Origin: Euglena gracilis
Lineage: Eukaryota
NCBI GenBank assembly: GCA_039621445.1
Contig: CP154954.1
Span: forward strand, 9,550,634-9,614,633
Reading direction: 5' to 3'
DNA: 64,000 bases
The notes beneath the pieces were generated by a model that did not search any database, had not been told where the DNA came from, and was given only the letters and a program-made list of their open reading frames with translations. A program made the position numbers and the translations under genes. The number at the start of each line of letters is the position of its first letter. The stretch's first letter is position 1. Shown in pieces: positions 62,501 to 64,000 of this stretch.

Positions 62501-64000
62501 AGCCCAAAACGGCATCTAACCCCCCCCAAATTACCTGGCGGGTGCCAGGTTATTGGAACCAATTTATGGCCCTTCCCCCCTGCCAGGTTATTTGGGCCCT
62601 TGTTTTCAGTGCCGTAAAAAATTTTGCCTCAAATGGGGGGTGCCAAGTTATTGGAACCATCTTTTTTGCTCCTCCCCCCACCAAGTTATTCAGCCACTAC
62701 CAGGAGCAAGGGCCCCGCAGGCTATTTGGGAGGTTTACTGCTGGCTCCTAAGGACCCAGCACCACGTAAAATTGCCAAAATCATCTACATTGGGGGGGAT
62801 GGGGCATCTGAGCTTCCGTCACATTGGCAAAACGCTTTATTGGACTGTGGAGAAAACCGATTGCATGGGAAAAAAGGCAACAAAAGATGTGATTCTGCTC
62901 ACTGGTGACACCCTGTGCACCCGTAATCTGTTCGCAGGGTGCACAGAAGTGCCTGGTGACCGGATTTGGGCGTTTACGGGAGCGCCACAGCACACCCATG
63001 AACACCCAAAATTCACCTGTGAACACTGAAAAAACGAAATTCGGTAGGATGCAGGTCCCGTTAAACCTGGCCTGTGAGTTTGGGGAACGGTTAAAAGCCG
63101 AAATCAGGGTTTACCCAAGCGTAGAAACAGGGGGCGCCTTCGGCCCCCCGTTTCCACACCGGGAATTGTGAGTGAACCCCGATATTTCTCATGAAACATA
63201 ACAACAACAACAAACAAACCATGGCTGACCCAAATTTCAGCCTGAAACCAGGTTCAGCAGGGAATGGTTTGTTTCCACCTTCCCATTCAACAGACATGTT
63301 CCATTCTGTTCTGGCAGTGTACTTGTGAGGTACCAAGCGACCGAAGGTTGACCCCTTTATGGGAATTTAAAGCAAAACAAACAAAACCCCGTTCTGTCTC
63401 CTAACTCCCAAAACAAATATGAGTTCACAAAAAATCAGTGATAATTCGCGCCGAGGGGTCAAACCCCCAAGGGGGGGATCCACCTCGGCGGAGTGCCAGA
63501 ATTTCCCAATGGAAAGGAAATTGGTGTGGTGCGGCCGTGCCGAGAGGGGTCGGTCGACAGGGGGGGGGGGGTGATCATTTTGCCGTGCCGAGGGGCCTGA
63601 CGCCGGGGAGGGGTGCCAAACCTCCAAAAATTGAAACTATCAAAAGCCCGAAATTCGGCAATTTATACAAAAAAAATACATAAGCCAATAATTAAAACTA
63701 GGCAGCCCATGAATCATATTTGCCCAATTTTCCCCCCATTTTCTCGCCTTGGAAGGCGCAAAAAAATGTTACCGCCCGACCACGCCTTGGGGGGGGGTCA
63801 GAGGACCCACTTTGGGGGGTCAATTTTGAGGTCAAAAAATTTCGGCTCTTCGAGCCCAAAAAAAAGGGCCAAAAAATGGCCAAAACCCACCCTCCAACCC
63901 TTGGCCTTGGGGGTCCAGCGGAGCTCCCCCCCAACACCTCCCCCCTCCCCCTCCAAACTTTTAAAAAAAAATCCTGGTAGGCCACCCTTTGGCCAGAGAA

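Noticed and set aside
62545-62730. CRISPR-like spaced repeats (gccaggttattggaacca; similar spaced repeats at 27.26-27.5 kb)
   Set aside because: The repeats are short and degenerate, the spacers are irregular or similar to each other, and there are no cas genes. They fit MITE subterminal repeats better.

Overview
Repeat-rich eukaryotic (protist) DNA with no prokaryotic operons, rRNA genes or CRISPR arrays. Most ORFs in the supplied track are artefacts of microsatellites and G/C or A/T homopolymer runs. Four layers are visible. (1) 1-~4010, minus strand: a decayed Ty3/Gypsy-type LTR retrotransposon. Its reconstructed polyprotein reads Gag - Gly/Lys-rich linker - C5-cytosine DNA methyltransferase - Dam-like N6-adenine/amino methyltransferase - aspartic protease - reverse transcriptase, and it runs off the left edge. 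Two different DNA methyltransferases in tandem upstream of the protease is the standout observation. (2) Two minus-strand paralogous genes of unknown function, A (~6.4-17 kb) and B (~33.8-54.8 kb), each possibly longer. Their short GC-rich exons were found by aligning translated exons of one copy to the other. Intron positions differ between the copies. Several introns lack GT-AG ends and instead have direct repeats plus terminal inverted repeats, resembling euglenid nonconventional introns, so a euglenoid source is an inference. (3) Many non-autonomous elements: MITEs with inverted repeats, a Helitron-like element sitting in (TACA)n tracts, a 2.1-kb TIR element carrying tRNA-like sequences, and probable Penelope-like RT relics. 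(4) Microsatellites, minisatellites and a ~162-bp satellite. All translations and alignments were done by eye, and exon edges are approximate unless stated otherwise.
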